Assembly: GCA_039621445.1 (NCBI GenBank)
Contig: CP154954.1
Location: 24,502,954 to 24,566,953, forward strand
Direction of reading: 5' to 3'
Source: Euglena gracilis
Lineage: Eukaryota
Length of the DNA: 64,000 nt
Position 1 is the first letter of the stretch. Every line of letters begins with the position of its first letter. Position numbers and translations under genes: made by a program. Below the pieces are notes generated by a model that worked only from the letters and a program-made list of their open reading frames with translations, was not told where the DNA came from and searched no databases. Of the stretch, positions 8,881-21,900 are shown one piece after another.

Positions 8881-11800
8881 AAAACATTGATTCACCCGTC
8901 AAAAAGATGGGAAATCACACCTCTGATGCCACAGGGGGACGCCCAGCACCAGTCCATGCGGCGATTTGTCCCGAATCTCGAATCTGCTTGACAATGGAGT
9001 GCACGGTGCTGTGGCCGAGGCGACGTCCCCATAGCTGGAGCTACCACAAAAGGAAGCCCAAATCCGGGCCCGCTGAGCATCATGCTCAGGGCTGGTTCGC
9101 TTGGGTGGAATTGTGCAGAAATGCTCTGCGGATACGCAGAAGCACATTTTATATTACCATGCCACCAAATGGGACAGGCGATATGGCAATATGCACGTCG
9201 TGCGGAAAATTTTTCCTTGGGGAGGGTGTACGAGTAGTTATGACCCTGTGCGAGTAGTTTTGACCTACTGTACCAGAAAACATCAAAGCATGCCATCAAA
9301 GCCCCATCTGCACATGTTTGAGGAAGTGGACCCCCGCCCCCCGACTAACGAATAGCCTCCTCTGGGGGCCGGTAATTAGCTGCTGCCTAAAATAATAAGC
9401 ACAAAGACAACAGCAGGCACCTAAAATCGTCGACAAAAACCCATCCAGTTGCATTTAAGACAGAGGACCTCTGCCATCCATAACGTCCTTCCCCCCCTTA
9501 TAAGACACCTTCAGCTGCTATTGCAGCTGCCGAAAATTGTCCCTGGGAGTACCTTGTTTTCAGCTTTCTGTTCCCTGTTGTAAATGTCTTTTGTATGTGC
9601 AAAAAATTTACCTGGCATTTTACAAGATGTTTTGCAAAATACGACAAAAGTGACGTTGAAGAAAGTATGATATTTCCTCGGCTTGGCTGTAATTTTCCGT
9701 CTGCTTTTCAGGGCGGTTTTCATTCGCTTTTCTGAAATCCCCCAAACGTGCCATATGTGAGAGGTGGTCCGAAAACACCCAAAGGGTTTCTTACGTGAGG
9801 GGTGCTTTATCCGACATACATCGGAGGGGCTTCTTGCTACGCAATGCACATAATTTGACACCTGGACGTGCTGAAATGTCTTGTCTTTCTTCCGCAGTTT
9901 TCGCATCCACCGCATGCTCAATTTCGGACCCAGGATGGTTGCTCCTCCAAAAGTTCTTGGAAAGGTTTGGTGTGGACAAATGAAATTGGATGGAAGTTTT
10001 GGGTCGTTTCGTCTCATTTTTATTTCTCGCAATTGTGTGAAGATTGTCTGTTTCGGGTGTAATTGATTCCTATTGTTATAAATATTGTTTTTGATGGGGA
10101 CGGACCTATGAAAGAGGTTTCTTTTGTCGACAGTGAGGATTAATTTCCTGGCCGAATTGGCACGCGCATCCCAATTTGCATTGTTAATGTCCTGCAGCAA
10201 TGCAAACCTTCCCCCTCGTGCATCGGGTTAATGGTTGTGGCCCCTCTTTTCCTCACCCCCCTGATTTTTGCAGTCACTACCCCTCACAAAGTTTTCCATC
10301 TGGGCTTTCAGGTAAAATACAGCTATTTTTTCAATCGAGTTTGTCCCCTTAATTGGGACGTTGCAGCCAATATGGTGTCCTAAGGCGTCCCCAAAGGCTT
10401 GTCCAAATGTTGGATTGCCCAGGCCAATGTATTGGCTGGGGGTATTAAATTTTCAGGCGGGGAATTGGTAACTGCAATTTTCCCACAATTTCCACAATTT
10501 TCTGCACCGTGCCACCCCGATCAATTTAACCCCCACTTGGGAAGCCAAATTTCCTGAAATTTTGGGGGAGTTATTTGATGGTTTTTTGGGTTGACTGCGA
10601 ATTTTGGCCTCCTAAAAGAGGACTGCCTTTGAAATTGAAAACAATCCATGAGAAAGCGTGCGCAAATCGGTTCTCAAGTGATGAGAGCAAGAAATGGATG
10701 ACGCCCACGACCATTTATGTTTCCAAATTTACTCAAAATTTGGCACTAAACCTGTGACTTTTTGAAGACAGCTTAGATTGACATCCTCTTTTTGGGCTTG
10801 CCACAGGATTCCTTTTTTATTTCCGTCCTTGCTGAAAATATATCTGTGATTGTCCGTGATTTTCCGTGAATTTTCATAAATTTTCTTTTTTTGAAACCCA
10901 ATGTTCACGATCGTGTGCAGGGGGGAAAAACCAATGAAAGATTGCCCAGATATCAGTCCAGTCATCAGATCCTATCCAAACCTGTAGGTGAAGTTGAAAA
11001 TTGTTCAAAATGGAGGGAAAGCACAAAAACAACTTTTTTGACCTCCTGAAGATGTTAAGTAGTGTCAAACTGCTTGAATGTCGCAAATGATTGTGTTTTG
11101 GTATGGTGGGGATCCCATGCTCTTGGCAGCAAACTTCTCCAGCAAGAACCTAAAGCCCAGGCACCTGGAGCTACATTTTAAGATTGATTTTTAGGTGCGC
11201 TTATAGGGGAGGTTAGTCAACCCCCCCCCCCCCCTAATAGAAGCACGGGGCCGCTACAAGCGCAGGGTCCAAATAAAAGCGCACCCCCCGCCGCCGAAGG
11301 CGGCGGTCCGCTGCAAGCGCACCCCCCATTTTGATGGATTCCTAAAGGAAATCAACAAAAATCACTCAAATTTCTGAGGTCTATTTTCAAATCAATCATA
11401 AGAAAAGACCACCAGAAGTCCATTTTGACCATTTTTTGAGTTCCCATCAATTCATCAAAAAAAATTTTTTTGAGTTTCCTATGTGTTTTCAAGGTCAACA
11501 TTTTCCAATGATTTTTCCCGTAATTTTTGTCTCTCTCTGTAATTGGAAGCGATGAATTGCACAGGTTATGATGCAGTTTTTTTGGGGACAAAAACGACCT
11601 AGAATTATGATTTTCAGAACCACCTCTTGGTTAAAATGCTAAAGTGGCTTTTAAATGGCCTAAAATGGGCAAAATGTTGGGCTTCATTATAGGTGCTTGC
11701 TCCCGGCCTGCGCTGCAGACCGTACATTTTTTCGAAGAAATGGTCGAAGTCCCTTAATCTCGGTCGTTTGGTCCGAATAGCTTGAGAAACCAATGCCCCA

Positions 11801-12509
11801 TGGGGGGCGGGGCGGGCGACCGGAAGTGCCTGGTTTTCAACTTTGATTTTTTGATTTGCTTCTCAAAATGGGAGACTGATCTTTCCAACGGGTGGCGAGT
11901 GATTACCCCGCCACTTCCCTGCCTGTGTCCCCTCCCAAAGCAGTGGACTCCCCCAGGTCCTGCCACACCTCTCTCCCCATTATCTTTTTTTTCCCTTTTG
12001 GAAGAGGGCCATAGTCCGCGCCGGTCCCCTCGCCAGGCACACGGCGTGCCTGGCTTCCTGTCCGGGTGTATGTCTCCCCTGCCTACCCCACGTGGAGCTT
12101 TATGGCTGTGGCGCTGTTCCGTCCCTGCTGGACCGCACTGACAGCAGTGATTGCCAGACATAGGGCCCATAAACCTCCGTTTTGTTTGGATGGTCTTTGG
12201 GACCTTTGGTAAAAGAGGTTATTTGGAGTTTGTTATTTGGATTTGGGTGTACGGAGTCTAAAGGCTCCCCTGTCGCCCAACTCAAAACTGTGGGGGCGCT
12301 TTGCGGCTCAGCCCCAGCCGCTACGGTGCCCTCCTGTTCTTTGCAGTGGCCCACCCAGCCGGTCTGGCTATTTATATATGAGATGAAGGAAGGGAGATTG
12401 CTTGTCCATACCAACCGCCTGTTTTTTTTTTGCTGAAGGATGCGTGCTTATGCCGACCATCCCACTGCCTTCTTCAAATAAAAATCGAAAAAGAAACTAC
12501 AAATGCTTG

Positions 12510-12635
12510 CATGATGATGACGGCACGATGATGATGGTGACGTCGGAAACGACGACGACGACAACGATGATGATGGCCATGATGATGGTGATGGCGATGT
12601 GGGTTATGATGGTGATGGCAGTGGTCATGGTGATG
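12510..12635. repeat. Degenerate (GAT/GAC/GGT)n trinucleotide repeat
   Basis: Direct inspection. Confidence 0.85.
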
Positions 12636-15502
12636 CAATTGTCTTCTGAACTGCATTTGCGCAACTTTTTTAACGTTGAAACCACATGGCTGAAGTGTAG
12701 ACCTCCCTGCGAGGATCGAATGGTGTCCGAGGACGAGGCAGCCCTGGAGCGAAACACGGCAGAGGGCGACCACCTGTGGCCTTGTTGGCAAGGCCACAAC
12801 AAACGTCACCCACCACACAGATCCCTTTTTTATCTTGTACTCAGAGTTCAAGCTGCAGCACTGAGAACCATACAACACCTGGCCGCTGTGAAGACCAAGG
12901 AAAGCACATATGCACACACTTTCTCCACACTCCATCCGCAATGGCTGCATTCAAACATGGCACATCGGGGTGAATGCGCACATGCGCATTCCCTTCCTGC
13001 GTCGCCCCTTAAGCACGCACGTGCCTTCTCATAGGCACCACGGCGTGTCTTGCACTCGAACCCGGTGCTAGCACAGCATTGTGGCAGGGCAACATCCATG
13101 GTGCACTGCTGGCCTTTTTGTTAGCGATTTCAGAGGCGTGTCATTGCACAGGTGGATGTGGGGTGATTCATCTCCCCCTCACACACCCATGTTCTGCAAG
13201 CCCAAAACCACATCATAACAGTGCACAACTCGGGTTCAGGGCAGGCAAACAACAGGACATACTCAGTGTGTCCTTCAACATCAATGCGCATGTGCACATT
13301 CTCCCTTCCCACAGCCTGTGTCCATTCCAGAAAAATGTGCTCCTGCGCATTCTTTTGGGGTTTCCAAAAAATGCACAGGTGCGCGTTCTTCGGCCTTGAC
13401 ACTCCATGAAAACCCTATTGTTTTGACCTCGGGAGGGCTGTGTCTCTATGGCTGCAAGGAGTTCCTTCCCATGCCGATCCCGAGTTCACCATTCCCAGCC
13501 TCTGGAAGCCATCAGCGCACATCAATGAACACAAGGTGACACACCCAGGTCCAGGTTTGCCTGCGTCGCCCGTGTTCCAAGTGTCGTGTAGAGTGTGCCG
13601 AGTGTGTGTCCAGCCATGCACTGTACCACAGTCATCGCGAAGGAGTTGCAAACAGCATGATATATAGTTGAAGTAGAATATGAGGGTGTGGTCTTTGTGG
13701 TCGTGTTAAATGCAAACAGCTCATTTTTGTGGTGTTTACCCCCAGTCTGTAAGAGGCACGCAACCATTCAGAATGTGCGCCTGCGCACTCCGCTTCCAGA
13801 ATGCGCGGATGTGAATTTTCATTAAACCTGCCTGATTTTTTGACTCAACGTGCATTCACGGCCGTCTAAGTTACTTTTGCATTATCAGGATCGCTGTGAA
13901 ATGTGCTTTCTATATTGGGGTCATTTGTGGGGTCAAAAAAAGCAGAAGAATCCTTTGCACAAAAAAAAGTCCGGAAATGGCCTTTTGACTGTTATTTGGG
14001 GGGGGGCGGGGGGGAATGGGGCGGGGTGGAAGTCCCCCCTTCCCCTCCCCCTGGGCAAATTTTTCGTATTTTCCTCCGCCCCATGCCCAATGAACGCCCT
14101 TGCCCAATGAACAGCGGGTGTTCGGACCATCTAGATTGTCACCTCATTGTTCATTGGGCTTGGGGGGCCATTTTTCAGGGTAAAGCCGTCGAAAAATGAA
14201 ATGTTCTCAAAAACTGGGAATGGTGAGTGAGGGTTAGCAGGGGGGCGTAAAGGGGTCTGGGGTGCAGTCCCCCCCGGCACAGCCAAAAATTCACATATTT
14301 TTGCCATCTCCCCGGGGGGGAGCAGTCGTTTGATGTTCACTTGGTGTGTATCACCAAAAAAAATTGTATCACGTGTACAATCAAAAAAATTGTGACCTGA
14401 TTTGTGTATCACCTCTGTATTACCAAAAAATGTTTTGTGCATCACACGTGCATAACCATTTTTTTGTGAATAATCTGTGTATCCCCAAAAATGACCAAAA
14501 AATCCATTTTTGTTCATAGAGAATTTTTTGTCCTTTGTGACGCTCACAATCAGGGGTTTATTGAAACGGAGGGGACCCTGCCCCCACGGGGGGGTTCAGC
14601 CAGTAGCACCTGTTTTCCACCTTTTTTGGGAGGGCACTATTTTTTCTTTTGTGCTATGAAACAAATTTGACTCAAATTTTTCATTTTTTGGCAGTTGTAT
14701 TTGTATGATTTATCCAGAATCTTCGTCATTTTACCACCAATTATTTGCCCTTCAGAAATTTTTGGATGAGCAAACTGTCCAAACAGCAAAGGGTGACGAA
14801 AAGATTTTAACTAACAGTTTAAGGACCATCTACTGTGATTTTGCATTGGATCAAATGTGTCTGGGACCAAAGCTGAATTTAATGGCGTGGCCGACCTCTC
14901 CCCCCGCCCGAGAGGCATTCCAAGATCCATCAGGGTGGCCAAATTCAGCCTGCCGAGACCAGGTTTGATGAGAAGAGATCGACCGGCCCACACAAAAGGC
15001 AATTTTTTCTTTGGGCACTTTGCGCCAGAATTTTGTTACAAGAATGTACAAAGGATGAATGTAGAATGGACCAAGTTGCCCAAATAGGAATCAATTTTCT
15101 CAGGTTTTCTCCTGCTTTATGAATGTATTCTTACTTCTTTCTTTCTTTATTTCTTCATTCATTCATGTATTTATTTGTTTGTTTGTTTTCTGTATGTTTA
15201 TTATTGTGGAGGATTATGGAGCAGTTTGATTTTTTGTTGGATCTAGCTACAATAACAAATAATTTATGGGGGCACGGTGGGTGGGTCCGCTAGCCAGTCT
15301 GCAGAAAGCATAACGTTCAAGGAATTTTTAGGGGTAGGGTGGGTGGGTCTGCCGGACCCCCTCTCCCCGGAGGTTACCCCCAAGCCGCCAAAGCCGCCAT
15401 CTTTGTTGTTGTTTTTTTGGCATAAAGCGCCAAAAATTTTTGACCCCGAAGTTGACCCCAAAAAGTGGGTACCCCGGACCATATATTCAAATCAATAAAT
15501 CA

Positions 15503-15590
15503 ATGGTGGTGGTAGTTATGGTGGTGGTGGTGGTGGTGGTGGTGGTGGTGGTGGTGATGGTGGTGCTGGTTCTGGTGGTGGTGGTGGCGG
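15503..15590. repeat. (GGT)n trinucleotide repeat
   Basis: Direct inspection. Confidence 0.9.
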
Positions 15591-15834
15591 CGTTTTGTTA
15601 CTGTTATTGACGTCGTCGTGTCGTTGCTCTTGTTATGCCATGAATCCATATATTGTCAGGATTTTTTTTAAGAACAGGGTCCCCCCACCCCCAGGGGGGT
15701 TCCTGGGACCCTAACCGCCCAATCTTGAAAATCCACCCACCCCCCCTGGGGGGAGAAGGGTCACATACACAGGTTTGATCAGCTTTGTTATCTTTTCTTT
15801 CTTTTATATGGAGGATTTTTTTGATTATTGGTAC

Positions 15835-15910
15835 CCCCCTGCGCCCCCCCCCCCCAGGTGCTTGGCCCCCTTCCTCTTTACATGCAAATTTGGCCCCCCT
15901 AAAGTTGGTA
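15835..15910 (+). mobile_element. CATGCAAACTTGGCCCC MITE family fragment; other copies at ~37490-37665, ~56425-56606, ~58420-58515, ~59830-59928
   Basis: Shared GGCGCTTGGCCCCC..CATGCAAACTTGGCCCCC core; fuller copies end GGGCCAAGCGCC(C)GGGGG..TA, the inverse of the start. Confidence 0.75.
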
Positions 15911-17771
15911 AGTAGATGGTCGAAGTCACCATCTCAATGGAATTGAAGTTGAAAATTGTTGCACGGAGGGAACTCTCCCAAAGGTCTACTCCTTCTTTTG
16001 CTCAGTGCAGGAACGGCATGCAATGCTCATTTGTTTTTATATCAGTTGCAAGAAAACCAAAAAAAAAACAACGGAAAATATGAGGGAAAAGAGGAAATTT
16101 GAATGTGGAGATATCAAAACGCTGTTAGGTTTTGAAAAGGGGGGGCATCTCCTCCCTTCGCAGGCAAGGGCAAACCGTCACGTTTGTGGCAAAAGAACTT
16201 GTTGCAAATATTTTGTTGCACGGGCAGCTCCACGTTCTGTCTTTATCTGCCGCTCCTCTGCATTTCTCTGCTGTCAAATATTTTCTCAATGACAGTTTTT
16301 TGAATTAACAGGTGGAAGTTTCACCAAGTCCACCATCTGCAAAGTGGAGGTATGCTTTTTTTTTTTTTTTTTTTCATTTGGCAGTGTGCTGGCAACAGCT
16401 GCAGCGCTGTTATGGAGGGCCTTGGACACCATGTGATTGACCCAGGATCCACAGCCCAAAATCAAAAATTTTCTGGACATTTTTGTTTTTACCTGTGCAT
16501 TTCCCCAAGGCTCTTGTAAACAAGCTGGATCAATGGTGATCGATTTCCACCGAGATCCGAAACCGTTTCTTTTCCCCAACCATCACACAGCATCAAAGTG
16601 TATTGTTAGGGTTCGCCCGACCTTTGCCAGCACAGGTATTTTTAAACCCTGAAACCAGATTTGCCCCCCTTGCCCCGAGGTAACCCTGCTTTGTGGCATA
16701 CCCACCCAGGGCAAGGGCTGCTGCCTGCCGCTGAGGGGCTATCATCCACCACACTTCCTGCGGCTGCCCGGTGCCCATTGCGCCGGACGCTGCCAGCCAT
16801 CGTGGCTCACACCCATCGGTTCATTTAACACCTGCGTGACCGCCCGCCTGGGGGTTTTTCGAGGGTGGGTGGGTGGGTGTTGGGCCGCTGGACCCCCCCC
16901 CCGCCAGGGAAAAATTTAAATGGATTTCAGCCGATTTTTGGTGGGTTTTGGACGGGTGGATGGGTGGATGGGTGGTTGACCCCCCCGGGGGGGGGGGATC
17001 GTGGGTGGGTGGGTGGGTTTTCAAAGAAATATGGATGGGTGGGGTCGGGCCCAGAGAAAAGTGCCCACCGGGGTAACTAAGTGAATCTGTGCTCAGACCT
17101 CTGCGGTGGCGACGTGCCGGTGTGGACAGCGAGCTGCTACCAGAAGTATTCAGTTTGATTTCCCCAATTTCTCCCAGAAGCAGCATCTCAGTGCCTTAGA
17201 AAACTGCGAGGTGGGATTTCTTTATTTCTCTATTTCACACGTTAGGAAGAGAGGTCGGCTTCGTACACCCAGCCAGGGTGTATGAAGGTGAGCCCCCCCT
17301 CCCCCCCGGAATGTTGTCTTCTGAATAATGCAACCTGAAAGCAAAGAGTGGAGTGGAACCCACTTGGACTCCCCTCCTGATCTTCATATCTTCCTAGGGG
17401 AATTTGACTTTTTTGGTGTTTTTATCTTTTGCTTGGCAGGGTCCGGAGATGTATATCCTTGCAGTTATCTTCTCATTTTGGTTCGTTTGAGGTACCAAGC
17501 CCCAATCGCAGATGCACTCATTTTGAAGGTCTTAATCTGGACTGCATGTGTTTTTCATAATTTCCCAATGGAAAAAGTTGGTCGTGTACGGGGCTTGACG
17601 CCACCGACGCTTTCACTTGAACGAGTCGCAAGGTGCGCAGGTTCGCTGGGCTGGTTTCTCTCTCTACATGCCCGATCTACCCCATCTGACACGCGTTATG
17701 AATGGCCGCTGTAGATGAACGGGGGTTGGTGTGCTCTTTACAGGGCCTCTGGGAATACGGGGGGTGGGGGC

Positions 17772-18255
17772 CATACATCTCTCTAAGGTTTTGCGAACCC
17801 CCCCCCGGGGGGGGCGGCTGCAGCCAGCCCCCCCAGCCGCCCCCCCCCCCAGCCCAGCCCAGCCGCAGCAGCACCCCCCCGGGGGGGGGGGGTGCTGCTA
17901 GCCCAGCTAGCCAGCCCCTTTTTTGGGGGTCCAGCCCAAAATTTTTCGGCGCAAAGCGCCGAAATTTTTTGAAAAACTGTGTTCAAAAGTGGCCAAAAAT
18001 GGGGTTTGGGGGGCGTTTGGGGCATTTTTGGGGGGTTTCAGATGCATCATTTTTTCAAAACTGTGTTCTGCAGGTCATTTTTGGGCATTTTTCCGATTTC
18101 AGTCCAGCTCGCCCCGGTTCGGGACCAGCCGGGACCCAGCCCCCCCCCCGCCCCCCGGGGGGGGGGCGGCGGGCTAGCCAGCCCAAATTTTTAGCCAGCC
18201 CAAATTTCTAGCCCTAGCCCAGCACCCCCCCCCGGGGTCCTTAAAGAGATGTATG
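17772..18255. mobile_element. hAT-like MITE, CAGCCAGCCC family
   Basis: TIR CATACATCTCTCTAAGG / CCTTAAAGAGATGTATG; exact 8-bp TSD GTGGGGGC at 17764-17771 and 18256-18263; decayed relative at ~55735-56020. Confidence 0.9.
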
Positions 18256-19118
18256 GTGGGGGCAGGCAATGGACTGACTGGAAACAGAGGTTGGCTATTT
18301 CTCCGTGTTGCCCAGCTCAGCCTTCTTTTGAGAGATTCAATATTCTGTTGTTTTCCAATGAACACTACATTCCCGAAGTTTTGACCCATGCAGGTTCGAG
18401 AAGTCTTCACCCCGCGCTTTATTGAACACATCAGTCGAATCATCCCCATGTGTTGACCCCACCTCCCGGCAAGAGCATATGAGCAATGGCAGCGGTCCCA
18501 AGAAGGTTACACCCAAATGCCTGCGGGCCCACCGGTTCGGGGGTGGCTGTTCAAGTAATGAATAAAAATGTGAAATCACGATCTTTTTGAGATGCCGCAG
18601 TGTGTCGTCGTGCTCCAGGCACAGAGTTGCCACCCTGCACGAAACACCATCACCAGGTCACAGTTGAGAATGGGAGAAGTAAGATGCAAATTTAATCTTG
18701 ATTGAGCGATGGAGAAAGCAGACATGGAAAGAAGATGACACGAAAAATTAAGGATGTGCAAAATTTTCAATTGAAAAGCAAACAAAAAGAAAAAACATTA
18801 CTTTTTATTTGGTAAGAAATGGAAGCACCGTATTCAACCGAATTTGCTCATTGATCTAATTGGCTTATTTTTGCTTTCCTGGGGGGAAGAGCACCACTCT
18901 GGCAGGCAAGAGAAAGGGAAAACCAGCAAAAGAAACATGCGAAGGGCCAACAGCCATGTTTCTGTAAGTTGCCAGGGCCTCAGACATCGTGTCTCACCTT
19001 CTTGGGTGTGGGCCATCGCTCATCCGCATGCGGCGTTGGTGTGCCATTAAAACGTGGGGTGATGATTTTCTGAACCTGAATGGTGAAAAATTTTAGAGTG
19101 CACATTTAATCATGCTTA

Positions 19119-19362
19119 CCCGCCCGCCCCCCCCCCCTGTCGTACGACCACCCCTCATTTACGACCCCCCCGGTCGCAGGTTGCAGGTCATGAAGGTGTT
19201 ATGACCCCCCCGGTCGCAGGTTGCGAAAATTTTAACACCACCTTACCTGAACCACCCCCTTATTTACAACCACCCCCGGTCAGGTTGCAGGTTATGGGGG
19301 TGTCGTAACCACCCCCGGTCACAGGTTTCAGGAACCCAGTCGTACGACAAGGGGGGGATAGG
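19119..19362. mobile_element. TA-target MITE, GGTCACAGGTTGCAGG family (copy 2)
   Basis: TA flanks; TIR CCCCCTGTCGTACGAC / GTCGTACGACAAGGGGGGG. Confidence 0.9.
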
Positions 19363-21740
19363 TAACATTCCAATGGAAAGTTGGCTTTATCGAATTTATG
19401 TACCAAGCGTTGGGTGGGTAGCAGTATAGCCGGCTGAAGGTGCTAAGCCCGAACAAGACAATTTTGAAGGGTATGAGCAGAAAGCCTCCCCTCCCCCGAG
19501 TTAGTCAAGAGGAAGCCCGGTTATTTTTTTTCCTTGTTTTTTTTTATGCAAGGACAGGGTCAGGGTTCTTTATAATGAGGCCGTATGGGTTTAGGTGGGG
19601 AGGCACCCCGCCCTCGTAAACCGGAGGGTCCGGACCACCCCCCACCTGCCAGGGGGGGTCCGGACCTGTGGGGTACCAGGGACCCCCCCCCAAAGGTCAG
19701 ATTTTTCCTTCCGCCGCTTCACGCCGAAAATTTATTGACAAAATTTTGCCCAAAAAGTGCCAAAATGGCATTTTTCGCCGGTTTGGGGGGGTCAAAAATT
19801 TTCGGCCCGGCGCGCCACTGTTTAGGTGGGGGTGTCCCCCCCCCCCCCCCCCCCCCCCTAGACTGGAGGGTCCGACCCCCACCCGCCTGCTTTTATATCG
19901 AAGCCTGAAGCAGCCATTATTAATGTTTGGTACGTACACGAGGGTTAGTAGATTTCGTCGCTCGCCGTTTTTTGAATGCCCAGTTCTTCTTGTGTCACAA
20001 TGGGTGCCCAATTCTCCTTGTGTCACAATGAGATCTGCGTGAGATATGCCGCCCTCAAATAAATACGCCATCAGAAAGTAATATTCTTTAAGATGGGGGG
20101 GGGTAACAGGCTCTGTCTGGGATGGGGGGGATAAGTTTCTGCTTTTCGGGAAAAGTCTGCCCAAAGTTGAAATGGCCGGGGCTGCAAACTACCTCTCTTC
20201 CCACTGTCCACGACACACCGTGCCGTTGACCCCCCCCCCGTGTCAACGGCACTTTTCCAGAACACCACCTCAGGCTTTTCATTGAAATACAGTGGCGTTG
20301 AATGCCGTGTCGTTGGCAAACACACCGTGCCAACAGCACATTCCCTGAAAAGAGGAGTTGAGGTATTTGAATTGCCTTTCTGGGCTATTTTGATTGTCTG
20401 ACGGCAAACGAATTCGTTTTTTTTTTTTTGTAGTTTATGACCCAGAGATGGGCATGCCCCAGCCCAACCTCCCAAGGGTTGCGGGGGGGGGGGGTCAGGC
20501 CAAGTGGATACCCCCTGGAAGGGATGGTTTGCTCTATTTTTGCCGTGAAGCGGCGGAAGTTTTAGCCCTCAAATCACCCCCAACCTGTGGTTCCCCTGAA
20601 CCTCCCCTCCGTTAACCTTGCAAAACAGGGGACCCGTCTGCCTTTTTGGGCCGTTGCTGAAAAAACCCAAGGGGGGGTCTAGTTTGAACGGTGCATTATA
20701 TTTTTTTTCGATTTTTGCTAAAAATTTTCAGTCAAAAAAAAAACACTTTACGGGATGTGTGTCCAAAATAAAGTCAAAATATAATTTTTTTTTAAAGCAT
20801 GAACAGGTCTTAAAAATGCCAACTAAAACTAAAAATACTAATCCCAAAAAAGGGCAACAATTCAAAATCCGCGAAAACACCTATTTTGGGGTATTTTCAG
20901 AGTACAGGAGTTGTCTGATGAAATTCAGGGGAGTTTGAGTGATTCCAATTTTCGGATTTTTGCTGACAATTAGTCGTTATTAGAGAGGGGAGGCTTATTT
21001 CGAGACCAGAGGCCAGGGGATGGCCGGGTAGGTGCTGAACTCTACACCGACTTTTTTTTCTTTAATTTGGCCCTACATGTGCATGTGGATCAAATAACAC
21101 CAAAATCGCAAAAGAGAGGGGAGTCCAACAATGATCATTTTTTGTTGTCTGTTCCGTTGACGCCATGTATTTTTTTTGTCACATGGACGCGGGAGAAAAG
21201 TTTTCTTCAAGTGTTTCTGTGCTTGAACACAATGGTGTATGTCACGTGTGGGAAGTTGCCGTCCACACGTTACTAGCTGGCGTCATTTTGGGACGGTGTG
21301 CCATGAGCAGTGTCCAGGCGCAGGGTGAAAATGTGCAGAAAAATGTTCCGTTTTTTTATCTGCAGATATTTTTGGTTTTCGCATTTTGTAGTTTTTTTTG
21401 AAACTGACTTTCCGCATATTTGTATCTGATATCTTTAATTTTGTTGTCATTTTCGCAAGTTTTTTGGGGGGATTTTTATTTGTGTTTCCGCAAACTTTGT
21501 GCCTTTTCTCTCTGATTTTGCACCCGAAAATGTGCATTTTTTGCATTTTTTTCTAAAATGCACGTTTCTTTACAATTTTTTTTCCGAGCCCCCCCTGCTG
21601 TGTGGCAATTTCAGCTGTGTCTCACCCCCATCAGAACCCTCCACTCCTCCTCAAACTCTGCACCACCATGCGGTGGGGAACGCTACACCGTCTGGTCTCC
21701 TCCTCCTCTCCACCTGCCGGGTGCTGTGAGTGTGTAGGGT

Positions 21741-21900
21741 GTGGCCCGCCCCTCCGCGGCTTTCGACCAGGAGGTCCTCCTCGCCGCAGTCATTGCTGCG
21801 GAGGGGCCGCCACGCTCCCTCTGCCATTCCTCTGCCCTGGCCGACTCTGCCCTGGCCCCGAGGGAGTCTGAAAGGTCAGTGACAGTTGCCAGCCAGTCTG
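21741..21900 (+). CDS. Paralog 1, downstream exon containing LAAVIAAEG
   Basis: PSAAFDQEVLLAAVIAAEG; homologous DNA at ~33805-33870 and ~62690-62760 with mostly third-position differences in LAAV(I/S)A. Exon borders uncertain. Confidence 0.55.

Noticed and set aside
8400-9280. 13-bp direct repeat CTGTACCAGAAAA flanking the Tc1 fragment
   Set aside because: Not consistent with a TA TSD and no adjoining TIRs found; cannot be distinguished from chance or an internal repeat.
9511-10200. 229-aa minus-strand ORF
   Set aside because: AT-rich and Lys-biased with no recognisable domain; probably decayed repeat sequence.
11870-12170. Exon-like GC-rich patches (also 6060-6270, 16680-16820, 22300-22560, 42730-42960, 44340-44600, 62070-62420, 63120-63370) as further exons of the paralogs
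   Set aside because: Plausible, but frame and splice borders cannot be fixed without transcripts, so they are not called as CDS.
12402-13034. 210-aa ORF with poly-Met/Thr (poly-His on the other strand)
   Set aside because: Driven by a (GAT)n repeat; the remainder has no recognisable homology.
19561-19907. CAG..CTG-ended segment (also 61202-61483) as further 8-bp-TSD MITEs
   Set aside because: TIRs weak and flanks do not match, so boundaries are unsupported.
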